DNA of 64,000 nucleotides from Octopus sinensis (Eukaryota), in assembly GCF_006345805.1 (NCBI RefSeq), contig NC_043009.1, positions 3,038,001 to 3,102,000 of the forward strand, read 5' to 3'. The translations under genes and the position numbers were made by a program. The first letter of the stretch is position 1. The number at the start of each line of letters is the position of its first letter. This document shows positions 40,651 through 53,865 of this stretch, one piece after another. Under the pieces are notes generated by a model. That model was not told the DNA's origin. It was given only the letters and a program-made list of their open reading frames with translations, and ran no database searches.

Positions 40651-43307
40651 TTTCTTTTTTTAAAAAAAACCTGCAGTGTGCAATCATATAAAATCTGGCT
40701 GTTATTTCTTGTACGTTGATCGACAACGTGAAGGCTTCCATTTGTTCCATGTTTTCGGTTCAAGCGTTTTCACGTGTCCTTTTACTTCTTTAAACAAGCA
40801 ATCGTTATACTCCAATATTTATTTTAACTATAGTGTATGAAAGATTAATATTTTTGTTTGTTTTACTTTCTCCATTGAAACGTCTCTGCTCGAGCTCTTC
40901 TGTTGGTTTTCTCCAACGTCTGTTTTCCTTTCTCTTCTCCAAATAAATCTCCCATGCGTCGGGTATGCATTATGAAACCGATATTTGTAACAGTATCACT
41001 TTGCTAATTATAGGGATCAATATTTTCAGTGTACACTTCCAATGCAAAATCTCAGGTGAGATCCATAGCAAGAGGATTCAAATTGTTCTGTTTGTCTGCA
41101 GTATAGTTTCACCATTGCTATATTCATCTGGGTGCTTACAGCGATCTGTTATTGTTGTTTCATTTTTAATGTTTTAGATTGAGTCATTGTTAGGAAAAAT
41201 AATTCTTTCAGTAATCCTGTTTTTATTAAATATTTCCTTTACACAGCGTAACTCAGATCTGTCTTCCTTGGGTATACGCAGCGGTTTGCTTTGGTTTTGT
41301 ATTTTATAGGGAATTGAAAGCATTTTATATAATACATCTGGAATATTTCTGCGTTACGTAGAATTATAATGCGGCAATTGCTGCTAAATATCTTTGAATA
41401 TTTTGCATTGGAATTATTGTGTGCTTTCATTGAGGACAAATGTTTTTTGTGATTTAGGGAGGAAGAAGTTTTCAGATATTTTTATCTGTGAGTAATTCAT
41501 TATTTTGTTAAGTTATATTTCCGTAGTACACGTCTGTGTGTCTTTATATTTCGTAGCTTGCTCTCGTTTCTCATTTCGTTTAGGATTGAGAGATCACTCT
41601 TCATGTTTTTTTATCTTCTTTTAGTTATCCTTACATTTCTTTTCCCGTATGGCCACAATGATTTCGAGATCCTTAGATTTTAAGCAAAGGATGTCGCAAT
41701 TACCTCCATAACAGCGACACTTGCGGCATATATTATTTCGTTTAACATTGTGATATTGATGTACATACCAGTTTCTATTTATGTTCATCTTATATCACCA
41801 TTGGCGATACTCACGTTCACTTCTATAATGACCATCATTTCGTTTTCTACTACTGCTGCTATTTTAACTTCGAGTTGCATCCTCGAGGTGTATTTTCGTC
41901 GTTCAATAAGACAAATTATTTCTCTTATAATTCAATAGCTATTTCGATCATTTAATTATTGTCATATACATGGTGTTCAGTTTAGAATCACCTAATTTGA
42001 AACATACCACAGGTTCCCCTATATTATCATTTATACTTCGTTTGACAATATTTCACTGGTCTAAAGAGACTGCGACTTGGCTTGTCTTTTCATGTTTACT
42101 CTTTTGCGAAATCTTTGAGAGTTTCATTCTCGTCTTGTGAACTCATTTACCTCCTAAACTATGGAATATATGTGCTCTCCTCATGCATTCTTTTTTTTGT
42201 ATGTTGTATTTCTTTGTCTAATATTTTTGGTTTGTTTATTTTTCGTCTTTATTTGCTCCCTTTTGATACAAAATTTCTTGTATATGATTACGATAATCAC
42301 AAGTAGTTCTTCATAAAGGTTCTTCTTATCTTAAACAGTTCTGTTCTTAATAGGATTAGGATTATCATAAACAGTTCTTCATAAAAGTTTGACGATACTT
42401 TTCTTCGCAAAACTTTCATTTCCTGGTGCCCTCACAAATCTGTCAGTGCACTGGCAGCCTTTTCTGTGTTCTGTTATTTAGTTTCAAATGATAAAGTATT
42501 CTTAGAGAGAGACTTGGCTGCAATATCTTGTAATCAGAAGAACTGTGCGAACAGTTCTAATAATGATAGAAACAATCGCCATACTTAAAGACTGTATGTA
42601 CTATAGAAAAGTATTCGACCTTCAGGCTATCGCTGCAGCTGTCTTGTATTAGCGGGAATTGAGAAAAATGTGTTCGACTTTTAATTAAATTTTCAAATAG
42701 TAAAACAAAACAAAAGTTCGTAAAAATTGGTGTAGTTGGTTACGATGGTATAAATATTTGCATTCGACAATTTTGTACTTCGTAAGTATCAAATACAAAT
42801 TGCAAATTGAGATGAACAAAATGTTTCCGTTTTATAAACTGTAGTTTGCGTGTGTGTGTGTGTGAGTGTGTGTGTGTGTGTGTGTATGTGTGTGTGTGTG
42901 TGTGTTGGGTGTATGGATGGATGTTAATGATTTGGTAATGTTGGGCGTAGGAGTGGATGGAAATGATTTGACTTCTCCTCTGTAACTATTTAAAATGTTA
43001 ACCAGTCACTCAGATGCGTAACCATTTGCAATGAGTTAACTTACATATGGTAAAAACAAAAAAGAGAAATATTGTTTCATTTTTAACTGAATGAATTCAC
43101 ACAATTAATATTCTAATGCTGTATATTATTAACTCAGTCGTTCTGCACTTACACTCTTTCGGGGCTTATTGCGCTCAGTTCAAAGTTGATTAATACAGTC
43201 GTAACCTTTCTCATAGATACTACGTTTACACTTTGAATGGGATTTGTGAATCCTTACTATTGGCATATACTTATTACTGGCAGGTATCTGAGCACCTTTG
43301 ATTAGCG

Positions 43308-43505
43308 CTTCTTCTTCTTCTTCTTCTTCTTCTTCTTCTTCTTCTTCTTCTTCTTCTTCTTCTTCTTCTTCTTCTTCTTCTTCTTCTTCTTCTTCTTCTT
43401 CTTCTTCTTCTTCTTCTTCTTCTTCTTCTTCTTCTTCTGTTTCTTCTTCTTCTTCTTCTTCTTCTTCTTCTTCTTCTTCTTCTTCTTCTTCTTCTTCTTC
43501 TTCTT
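43308..43505. repeat. (CTT)n microsatellite, ~66 units
   Basis: Directly visible. It explains the poly-E and poly-S ORFs. Confidence 0.98.
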
Positions 43506-44439
43506 GAACAGATGGAATTAAATAGGAACAGATAATAACCTTAAACGACAGCAACTAACTGTATTCTATTTATTTCCCCCAATATTCGTCCAAAGGATAT
43601 CAGTGGAGACATATTTAGATACTATTTCTTCTTAGATACAAGCACCGGTATTGGAGGAATTTTTTGTTTAATTGTTAAGACAATGTTACATAATTCAGGT
43701 TGATAAAGATACGATACACATATATGAGGCTCTTTGTCCCGTAACCTCTAAAACCATACACTTCCACAGAAGCACACGCACACATATATACATGGATACG
43801 TACAAATGTACAAACGTATCTACATATGTACATAAACTCACACACACAGACACACATACATAGAAGCTAACACAAACACGTCTGTATACATATGTGTGTG
43901 TGTGTATGTGATTGCGTGTCTGTGTGTGTGTATGTGTTTCCGTGTCTGTGTGTGTGTTATGCTTGCAATATTAATGAATAATTAATAAGCTGGCTCAATA
44001 ATTGTTTTCCTAATTAAATGGAAATATTTATTTCTTCTTCCTTCACAAATTTGATGATTTACTAGGCGTAATTATAAAGCAATCATATAATGAGTATTTG
44101 TCAACTTATCGAATAATAAGAGGTTTTCAATGTTGTATTTCACTTCTCATATGACAGACAAAAATAAGAACTAGTGACTGGAGGTCGTAAGTAACTACTA
44201 CATAATATATTAGTATAGTGTGAAATGGTGATCACTAAAGGAATTGGTCAACATTATATGAATTAAGGTGTTTTTTAGGTCATCATTGATTGTGAACTAG
44301 AAATGTTGTTGATTTCGTTATTTCTGTTTCAGTTGATTGGTGTATTTACAATATACGTTGTAATGCATTTAAAATATGTCTGATGCCGACTGTACTTTTA
44401 CAGGACAAAAATGAAACAGACAGAGCAAAGAAACATTCA

Positions 44440-44755
44440 TTTAGGGTCTATGAGTGCTGCACGGTTATGAGCATATATCACCGTGATCACCCTGACCGAC
44501 CAGGCTATCAGATGTTGCTACACATCACTGGTCACAATGCGCTTCGCATTGTTTTAGCCTTCAAATGACGCCACCCCGCTGCCTAACAATGAGAGAAATT
44601 TGTAGCGAAAGAGCACACCAGGGATCAACACCACCCCCTGCTGGAGCCTCATGTTTTCGCTCAATGAACACTCACAACGCGCGGTCTGGGAATCGAAACC
44701 GCGATCCCACAACCGCGAGTTCCGTAGCCCTCCCGCAGGGCCATTGTGCCTCACA
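44440..44755 (-). mobile_element. tRNA-derived SINE
   Basis: The minus-strand head gaggcacaatggcc...ggtttcgattcccagacc resembles the family 2 head; the body differs. Confidence 0.75.
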
Positions 44756-44848
44756 TAAGCAATATATACATATATATATATATATATGCATATACATATA
44801 TTATATATATATATATATTATATAATATATAATATAGATATATATATA

Positions 44849-44882
<34 letters not shown>

Positions 44883-45219
44883 CAACAGAATACCAAAACT
44901 CTCACTTGAAGCATAACAAAAATGTCCAACAATATGGCTCTCAACTGATAACGTACAAACATACTTCTTTTTCTATCTCATTGTATCCGCCTTCTTAAAC
45001 ATCTACTCTCAGGCGTTCATACACCAAGGTTTATTATGCTATCACGCGGGAAATGAGTATATGAAACCAAACGAGGATGTAATGAAGTTGATGCGAATGC
45101 CCTGCTGTATTAATTCCGATATTAGCGTTCTAATTACCTTTATACATACAAACATACATACAAGCATACATATATATATATGTGCGTGTGTATAATACAC
45201 ACACTGAAACGCTCGAATA

Positions 45220-45261
<42 letters not shown>

Positions 45262-46250
45262 AAAGTAAGCGACAAGGATATCCAAGATAGTGTAGTACAA
45301 TTGTTTGATGCTACTTCAATTTATTAAACACTAAGTATTACATCAGTTTTAAACTGTCGAGCAATCTTCACCCACATATAGAATTTTTTAATTAAACGGA
45401 CAATGCACATTCTTATGCTTATTTCATTTGCCAACATTACAAATAGGGTGGATATATATACAGAGAGGTTAATTTCATCATTAAGAACATGGTGGTTGTA
45501 TGTTCTTCTCCGTCTGTAGATTTTATATCATACAAAATTCTGGTGCCTTTAACTTAATTACAATATTCATCTGAATCTAAATTTTTCTGAACTTATATAT
45601 ATATATATATATTTGCATCTCTATTCTTATACAAAACAGACCCCGCTGCTAACTGTAAGATATAAAACAATTTTTTCACCTTATCGAACTTCGATACGGA
45701 AAAATGTACGACCTTCCACTTCAACAATCCACTATTCTACTCGAAAGTTGCTTTGTATACCTTCTACAAATTGCACGAAGTTTACTAACGTCCTTCATCT
45801 TGATCCTTGAATCTTGCTTTCACATATTATACATACATACATACATATGTACTAGCGTAAATGTTTTTTCATACCTCTTCGGCTTTATACAGGCTCTCAA
45901 AAAGAAATATCAAAAACCACTAGGGATTAGGTTTACAAACCACAAGGTGATATTCGATTGAGAGTCCCAGTTAAACGTCAACTAAAATGAATTGCTACTT
46001 AACAAGTATTTACTTGCATGCAAAATATCATTAGTTTCTTATATTTGCGCAAAATATAGAAAGAATCCATATGCTTATGTATACGTAATAAATGTTTACA
46101 TAACTCAATCACGCTACCAAAAACGTTCACATGCATCAAAGCAGCGTTTGGCAAATAACAGTGTTTGTAATATTTATGGTGAGTGAAGATTGATCTCTTT
46201 GATATAATGACGAGGAAATTAAAGATTTAATTAAATCATAATTTATATCA

Positions 46251-46492
46251 TTAAACTTTCTTAAAGCTAAAAAATTCATTAACCATAAGGTTATCTGAAT
46301 TTAGTTTTACCGATCCATTTCCTGTGTCAGAACTGGTTGCTACAACTGTTGTTGATATTGTTGCTGAGCGTGTTAAAGGTAGTCTTGAAGATGGTGGTTG
46401 GCGGTGAGATGTTTGTCGTGATGGTGTTTGTACTAATGTACTTGTTGTTACTGATAGTGAGTTATTATTTTTCATTACATGGAGTGCAGAAC
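46251..46492 (-). CDS. Candidate 3'-terminal coding exon, S/T-rich tail
   Basis: Acceptor aattttag| (phase 1), then 80 codons (G)SALHVMKNNNSLSVTTSTLVQTPSRQTSHRQPPSSRLPLTRSATISTTVVATSSDTGNGSVKLNSDNLMVNEFFSFKKV*. Not a repeat; no homology recognised. Confidence 0.35.
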
Positions 46493-47269
46493 CTAAAATT
46501 AAATTCGTTTAAATCGCAAATTATCTGATCCGTCCGTCTGACTGGCTGGTCGTCTCTCTTTCTCTCTCTCTATCTCTCTCTCTCTCTCCATCTATCTCTC
46601 TCTCTCTCCTTTGCTGTTTCCTTCTCTCGGTGTAATTGCTTCTACAATGGTCACAATTCCAGAGATTCTGAAGAGATGATTTTGCTTGAATAAATTTCCC
46701 TAGTACTATATGTGAACTTTATTCTGTCGACCACGTGAGTTCATCATTTTCATCTCATCTATTAGGAGAGATCCAAATGATGAGCTCAGCTGGTATTAAA
46801 CACGTTATATAACGAACTGGTGCAAAATCGGCAAAAACATCATTTTCTGGTGTTCTAACAAAGCTGCCTGTACATATTCAAATATACTCTGCTACTTCGT
46901 TTCAAATTATAAAGCGTTCTTAGAGATTTGGCTGTAATATCTTGCAATCAGAATAACTGCACAAACGACTGCAACAATGATCGTAACAAACGTCATCCTT
47001 AAATGCTCAAATCGAGATATATGAACAAAACTACGCGTATATATATGAACATATATACATAGGCGCATGAGTGGATGTGTGGTAAGTAGCTTGCTTACCA
47101 ACCACATGGTTCCAAGTTCAGTCCCATTGTGTGGTACCTTGGGCAAATTTCTACTATATCCTCGGGCCGACCAAAGTCTTGTGGGTAGATCTGGTAGATA
47201 AAAACTGAGAAAAACGGTCGTATCCATCCATCCATACATACATACACACGCACACACACAGACACACAG

Positions 47270-47324
<55 letters not shown>

Positions 47325-47329
47325 ATAAA

Positions 47330-47950
47330 TATTAGGGAATAAATCCAAATTTACAGGGAAAAATCAGATTTAGGATTGATCCAATTTTATAGTAAAATAT
47401 AATATAATATTAATAGAGACAAAACCACTATTATGCAAATCAAAACAAAGAAAGACTTAATCCAATACATAAAAAATTTATATAAATTAAATATAATTAA
47501 GATATCCACTACGATCGTTTCTTGTCTTCATTTCAATGGACATTCATCAGGTGGTTTCAAGACCTAAAATATAATCATATTTTTAAGATATAAATTTGAA
47601 ATGACTAATATAAAATATAAAATTATCAATGAAAATATATATAATCAAGAACTAACATAACCTCTATAAACGATTGTATATAATGAAACCTTGTATTTAA
47701 ATTCTCATATTTAAAGATGAAATAGCTAATTTCAAAAAACAAAAAACAAAAAAATATCTTTAAAATATTGATTATATTTTAGGTCTTGAAACCACCTTGA
47801 ATGTCCATTGAAGTGACAAGAAACGATGGGGGATATCGTAATGGATATCTACTTATATTTAATTTATATAAAAAATGTTATGTATTGGATAAGGTCTTTC
47901 TTTGTTTGATTGCATAATAGTGGTTTTGTGTCTAATTAATATTATATATA
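47330..47950. mobile_element. Family A fold-back element with HHR (Penelope-like)
   Basis: Arms ~47398-47590 and ~47755-47948 are inverted around a ~165-bp spacer. The left arm has an intact HHR; the right arm has a decayed one (ccacCTTGAatgtc...gacaaGAAACGATG). Confidence 0.85.
47506..47554 (-). ncRNA. Type I hammerhead ribozyme
   Basis: Minus strand: ccac CUGAUGA a uguc cau ugaa aug aa gaca a GAAA CG AU CG UA gugg. Stem I ccac/gugg, stem II, palindromic stem III ACGAUCGU, GUA site (47510-47512). Confidence 0.85.
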
Positions 47951-48242
47951 TATCTATATAATAAATATTATATATATATATATATAATATATATATGTGG
48001 TGTGTGTGGTGTGTGTGTGTTATGTTTTATCTGTCTGTGTTTGTCCCACAATGTTTGTGTTTTACGACCCTGGTAAATTAGCGGTTAGGCGAAAGAGTCC
48101 GATGAAGAAGTGTAAGGCTTATAAAGAATACTTTCTGGGATCTGTTTGTTCGACTAAATGGGTGCTCTAGCATGGCGGCAGTCAAATAACTGAGACAAAT
48201 GAAAGGATAAAAGAAATATATATATAATTATATATATATATA

Positions 48243-48392
48243 TATTGTTATAATTCGGAATGGTCATTTTGCCAGTTTAGCCAATAAAAACACACGCACT
48301 ATATATTTGGTGTTATTTTGCAAAATGGCCATTCCGAAATATAACAATATCTGTTTCAACACAGGACTTCACATAAAAAATCTTGCACAACA

Positions 48393-48395
<3 letters not shown>
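48243..48395. mobile_element. Family D fold-back fragment
   Basis: ttgttataattcggaatggtcattttgc ... gcaaaatggccattccgaaatataacaa inverted arms; flanked by (TA)n. Confidence 0.75.
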
Positions 48396-48438
<43 letters not shown>

Positions 48439-49428
48439 ATATATATATATATAATATATTATATATATGTATAAATAAAAAATTTTATATATACTATATG
48501 TAATGTGTGTATGTATGTACTAGTTTGTTCGCTCCTTCTACGTTATATGTACAAAAGATGAAGAACATTTCTTCAAATATCCGAATACAGTAAATTTAAT
48601 ATGCGTTGTACCTGGTGCAATGTGCATCGATATTATTCTTTTTGATATTTATTCGTTTGCAACAATGTAATAAATTGTGTTATGCTTTCAATCCAAATTA
48701 TCTACGTCACTAAATATCGGGGAACATTAGGATGACTCCCAATGAATAGAAACTTCAAACCGGTTTCGATTCAGACGTGTCTTTAGTGATGTTTGAAAAA
48801 TGCACGAACATCATGCAATCCTATTCATGTCCACTCATAAATGTACGTGCCTTTCTGACCCTATCTAATCGCATCATGGCGTTGATTTCATACTAGCATC
48901 AACCATTTCAATATAAACACAGAGTTATCGATCATTAGAAGGCGCGATAACGTCTTAATGCGTTTCATAAAAACATTACTACTTTCATTTCTATTTAAGA
49001 AGCAATTAATCTATATAGTATTATAATCATTATGATTTAGAATTCTATGAGAATAAGAATCTACGCAATAGTCTGTGAAGTAAGATCATTTCTTCAATGA
49101 CAAAAGTTCAATTCTACGTTGAATTTCTGACAATGTTGACCTGAAAATAAAATAAATATTCAATTATCGACATACTTTCTTTCTTATTACCAAGATTTTG
49201 TGACTCAGAAACGTATCATTTTCAGTAGCATTTTATTTTAATATTTTGTTGTTAGAAATTAATATTATTCTACATTATCAATTACTGGCATTCAGTATAA
49301 TACATCGATATTCTTACAGTAAGAAATTAGAAATTACATCTCTCTCACTTTCTCTCTCTCTCTCTCACTCTCTTTCGTGCTTTCTCTCCTGTCTGTCTGC
49401 TTATCTATCTATCTATCTATCTATGATC

Positions 49429-49501
<73 letters not shown>

Positions 49502-49580
49502 TTATCTATCTATCTATCCATATACTACTGTCTGAGCATGTATATGCACATATATATGAATGGATATATATATATATATC

Positions 49581-49612
<32 letters not shown>

Positions 49613-49624
49613 TAAAGGGAAGTT

Positions 49625-49810
49625 TCCGAAGATAACAAAAGACGAAGGCATGTGTGTATAAGCAAACAGATGTATTAGTATAGCGCTCAGGAATAGAAAA
49701 AAGTATTTTACGTTTCGAGCCTACGCTCTTCTACAGAAAGTACACAGAAACAAGAGAGAAACAAGGAGAGAAAAAAATGTGTATAGTAGCTAACGATCTA
49801 TCATGGCGTC
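49625..49810 (-). mobile_element. Family B repeat with variant HHR-like core
   Basis: Minus 49706-49739: uuu CUGUAGA A GAGC guag GCUC GAAA CGUA aaa. The core has U at the conserved A6. Confidence 0.65.
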
Positions 49811-49831
49811 CTGACTCGGACGAATGGTCAG

Positions 49832-49866
<35 letters not shown>

Positions 49867-50022
49867 ATATATAATATATATTATATATATATATATCTGT
49901 GTGTGTATATATATGCATTGTATATCTATCTATCTCTAATCTATCTATCTATCTATCATCTATCTATCTATCTATCAATCTATTTATCTATCTATCAATC
50001 TATCTATGTATCTATCTATCTA

Positions 50023-50069
<47 letters not shown>

Positions 50070-50118
50070 TATATGTATATATGTATAGACATATATTCGT
50101 ATGGTCTATGCTCGGTAG

Positions 50119-50571
50119 CTACTGGTAACGCACATTCACTTTCAAGTCTATTTGGTAATTTGAGTGAGGGAATATGAAAGATACAAGAAATTTCATTAAA
50201 CACGAGAATTTCTTCGACCCATATAGCATCGATCCCTCAAAGGTGGGATACTTAACAACAGGTTCAGGAACACCCGTCGGTGTAAATGTGTCTCTTCGGT
50301 GATAAGGATATAACTCGTTAAAATAAGAGTTCCACAACGTCCGTGTAAAGTATAGCAGAAAATTAAAGGATATAGCTTCAGTTATATAGAAGATCAATAA
50401 GAAAAATAACATGTAAAGAAAACAAAGACAAAAATGAACATACCATACAGTAAAAAACGTATTAAATGTAAATGTTAACGGATATGGAGGCATAACCGCA
50501 CCCGCGTTGTTTGTATGGCGCATGTACACACGTTCGTATGAGCATCCACGAAATTGTAAACATACACACAC
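50119..50571 (-). CDS. Candidate ORF for a small membrane protein
   Basis: 150 open codons in AT-rich unique DNA, with a hydrophobic block (FTFNTFFTVWYVHFCLCFLYMLFFLLIFYITEAISFNFLLYF) and a polar tail. Family not recognised; T-rich bias could inflate the ORF length. Confidence 0.3.
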   Translation of the reverse strand: MCVCLQFRGCSYERVYMRHTNNAGAVMPPYPLTFTFNTFFTVWYVHFCLCFLYMLFFLLIFYITEAISFNFLLYFTRTLWNSYFNELYPYHRRDTFTPTGVPEPVVKYPTFEGSMLYGSKKFSCLMKFLVSFIFPHSNYQIDLKVNVRYQ

Positions 50572-52233
50572 GTGTGATTTTGTTTACACACGTTTACACA
50601 ACGAGTTAAATTGCCACTTGTTGTTTTTAAGAATGGATAGGTTAGAGCAAAATTTTATTCAGTCATACCTTAAGATGAATTATGATTGTTAATTAGGTTA
50701 AAGGTTACTCAAAATCAATCCCACTGCATTGTGCAAAAGTGCATTTATATGCAAGTAAGCGTCTTGGGGGGGTCTTTCAGAAATTCTTTGAATGAACTTT
50801 GGTCGACAGAATAGACAGGGATTCCGCGCGGCAGAGGAGGCATCCCCTGAAAATGATATTATATGAATGAGCTGTTGTCCCAATATAAATATACGCTCCT
50901 TCCTTTGTGGGTACAATACATGTAAATACAAAATTTGTAATGATACAAAGGTTTATTAATGGGGATTTTGATTTTTCTCTGCATGTGCATGTATTATATT
51001 TAGTTTTATATATGGCAGTTTTGATTTCATTTTCCGCCGTTGTTACCTTGTTGGATATGTCACTATTATCGCTACTATCACGATGTGGCTGGTTACTTCA
51101 TTGCGGTTTACATCTTCCTTGGTATTTTGTTGTATATATTTGCTAGTTCCACTAGTTGGATTATTGAACTGTTTTTTTTTTAATTCTACTATTATTGATG
51201 CAGTGCATATGCTATTCTGAATTAACGGTGTGTCTTGGATTCCGGGAAGCATTTCTCAAAAGCGGCAAAATATTTCCTAGGGATCTTCTTTAAAACATTT
51301 TAACCGAAGAGTGGGTGGTACCAGAGAACATCACGGTGCCTATATTTGTTGTTTGTCTTATTTTTTCTGGGTATGTTGTACAGGGTGTCCTATATGGAGA
51401 CGGAACACGAAACCTCGTGTATACAGCCATGGCTGCACTTAATTCATCCAAAAGGCATTGGTTGATCTGTGTCCTTGTGAAGTAGGACTGAACCCGAAAC
51501 CATAAGGTTGCAAACCGAGTTTCTTAGCCACATAACAAATTTACTGAAAATGCATTGATTGGCACAGTTCTCTTGCACAAATTATTTGCAGTCTCTCGCA
51601 TTGGGATTGATCCGAAAAGAAAGTGGCTGCAAAGCGAACATATTAGATATACAGTGAATATAACTTATATGTTTAATGCTGTTGAGAGTGACAACCGTAA
51701 CGTTTACGAATCTACCAAATATTAGAATGCCTTATGATTTCACAAGTATTTTGGATTTCATATTCTCATTAGTAAAATCGCTAAAATTAACATACGCTTA
51801 TTGAAATATATAATACGAACAGTTCTTTTCTTTTCCATTGCAATGTAAACATAACACTTTAAAATGATCTGTATAACAAACTTAAACATTCGGAAAGATG
51901 TTTAGATCATTACTGAAAGAGATTCAATAACGAATAGCTATATACATATTCAAGTATATATGTATGCGTGTGTGTGTGCGTGTGGGTACATATGTGCGTG
52001 TATGAGTAGAGTAACGGCGTGAGATATGAGAAGATAATGGAAGTTTATCACAGATATATGATGATTGAATATATTTTGAGGAGTGTTTCCTCAACAGAGA
52101 ATTTCTAGTGTCACCTGTTTCTGACATCAATCTAGTACAGCAGGCTATTAGGTGTTAAAAATTTCCAATGCATTCTGTTCGGTATTGAAGTGAAATAACA
52201 CTGGATGCTTACCCAAATGCATAAATATATATG

Positions 52234-52264
<31 letters not shown>

Positions 52265-52547
52265 CTCTGTGTGTGTGTATGTATGTATATATATATAGCA
52301 ACACGTATACCCACGGCACACACGCGTAAACATCACACAGACACACAAAACATCGCACATATATAGATTCATTCGCATATAGGCGTGTTTATATACATAA
52401 ATATATACATACATGCCTACACGTACGTACAAACACACACACACACGCTCATATATATACAAACATGCATATATATATCTACATACACACACATATATAT
52501 ACATATACATACATGCACATATATTTATATATATAATATATGTATAT

Positions 52548-52598
<51 letters not shown>

Positions 52599-52599
52599 C

Positions 52600-52631
<32 letters not shown>

Positions 52632-53094
52632 CTACGCACATATACATATATAAACTTAGATAAACTTAGATATGTTTCGACCAAAGATTGGTCCAGGCCA
52701 TGTCTAACTTAATAGCACCACGAATATATTATATAATATATATGCAACCCCACATACATAGACATGTCCGTATAAGTACTCTCATATACATGTATATGAG
52801 TGTAAGTTTGTTCGTGTTTGCGAGTTTCCTGTTTGTAGTAATAAGAAACATTGAATAACTTACAGGAATTGCATGCAAAATATGACCGAATGTATGTGGC
52901 CCTTTAAACATTACTATATATATTTCTCGTAGATTTCTTGGGCACACTATAAATTGTGGAGGACTGTCTGTCACAGATTCTCCTATCAAGTCTCAATCGC
53001 CAATGGTTTGAACAACTGATGACATGGGTATTTGCTATATAGAAGAATGGATATAAACTCAAGCTAAGCACCAGAGAATTATATATTTCGGGGA

Positions 53095-53300
53095 AAACGC
53101 GACGAGCTGGAAGAAACGTTAACACGCCAGACGAAATGCTTGTATTTCGTCTGTCTTTACGTTCAAATTCCACCGAGTGAGAACTTTGCCTTTCATCCTT
53201 TCAGGGTTGATAACTTAAGTATCAGTTGCGTACTGGGGTCGATCTAATCGACCGGCCCCCTCCCCCAAAATTTCGGGCCTTGTGCCTAGAGTAGAAAAGA
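53095..53300 (+). mobile_element. SINE family 3 (second copy at ~54345-54545)
   Basis: cgagctggaagaaacgttaacacgcc...tttgcctttcatcc...ggggtcgatctaatcgac. Confidence 0.8.
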
Positions 53301-53389
53301 ATAACTATAACATTTTTTTTTAAATCGCTAGAATATGGTAGGTGTTCGCTCCCGTGCGTCTAATGTATGAGAAACCCATAAGTTTAGGT

Positions 53390-53640
53390 GGCACTATGGG
53401 ACTATATACGAGAAATTAGCTATCCAAATAGAATATTCCCCTTTTCTGCGAACATACAACGATTTGGGGATATTTCTGTCCATGACGACGTATTGTTGAA
53501 AACATGGCATGATGTATCCTTCAAGTCAACGCCCGAGGACTTCTACTGTCAAGGCATTCGCAAGTTAATAGATCGTTTTCAAGAAGTCGTGAACTATGGA
53601 AGGTAAAATATTATTGACCGATTTAAAAAAAAATTGAACA
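53390..53640 (+). mobile_element. Mariner transposase C-terminal remnant (duplicated at ~54635-54895)
   Basis: KSTPEDFYCQGIRKLIDRFQEVVNYG matches the mariner terminus SKxxxFYxxGIxKLxxRWQxVVxxxGxY. Confidence 0.75.
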
Positions 53641-53787
53641 TGGATTAAAATGAACGAAAACTTAACGATATACACACAAACCAAAACACACACACACACG
53701 CTCATATATATACAAACATGCATATATATCTACATACACACACATATATATACATATAATACATGCACATATACTTATATAATATAA

Positions 53788-53865
<78 letters not shown>

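Larger units (their letters stand above)
47062..48214 (+). mobile_element. SINE family 1 interrupted by a nested fold-back element
   Basis: Head at 47062-47222 and 3' half at ~48025-48214, with the family A fold-back between them inside the TA/CA tract. Confidence 0.8.

Noticed and set aside
50907-51230. Hydrophobic plus-strand ORFs
   Set aside because: T-rich, A-poor sequence leaves several frames open; no motif.
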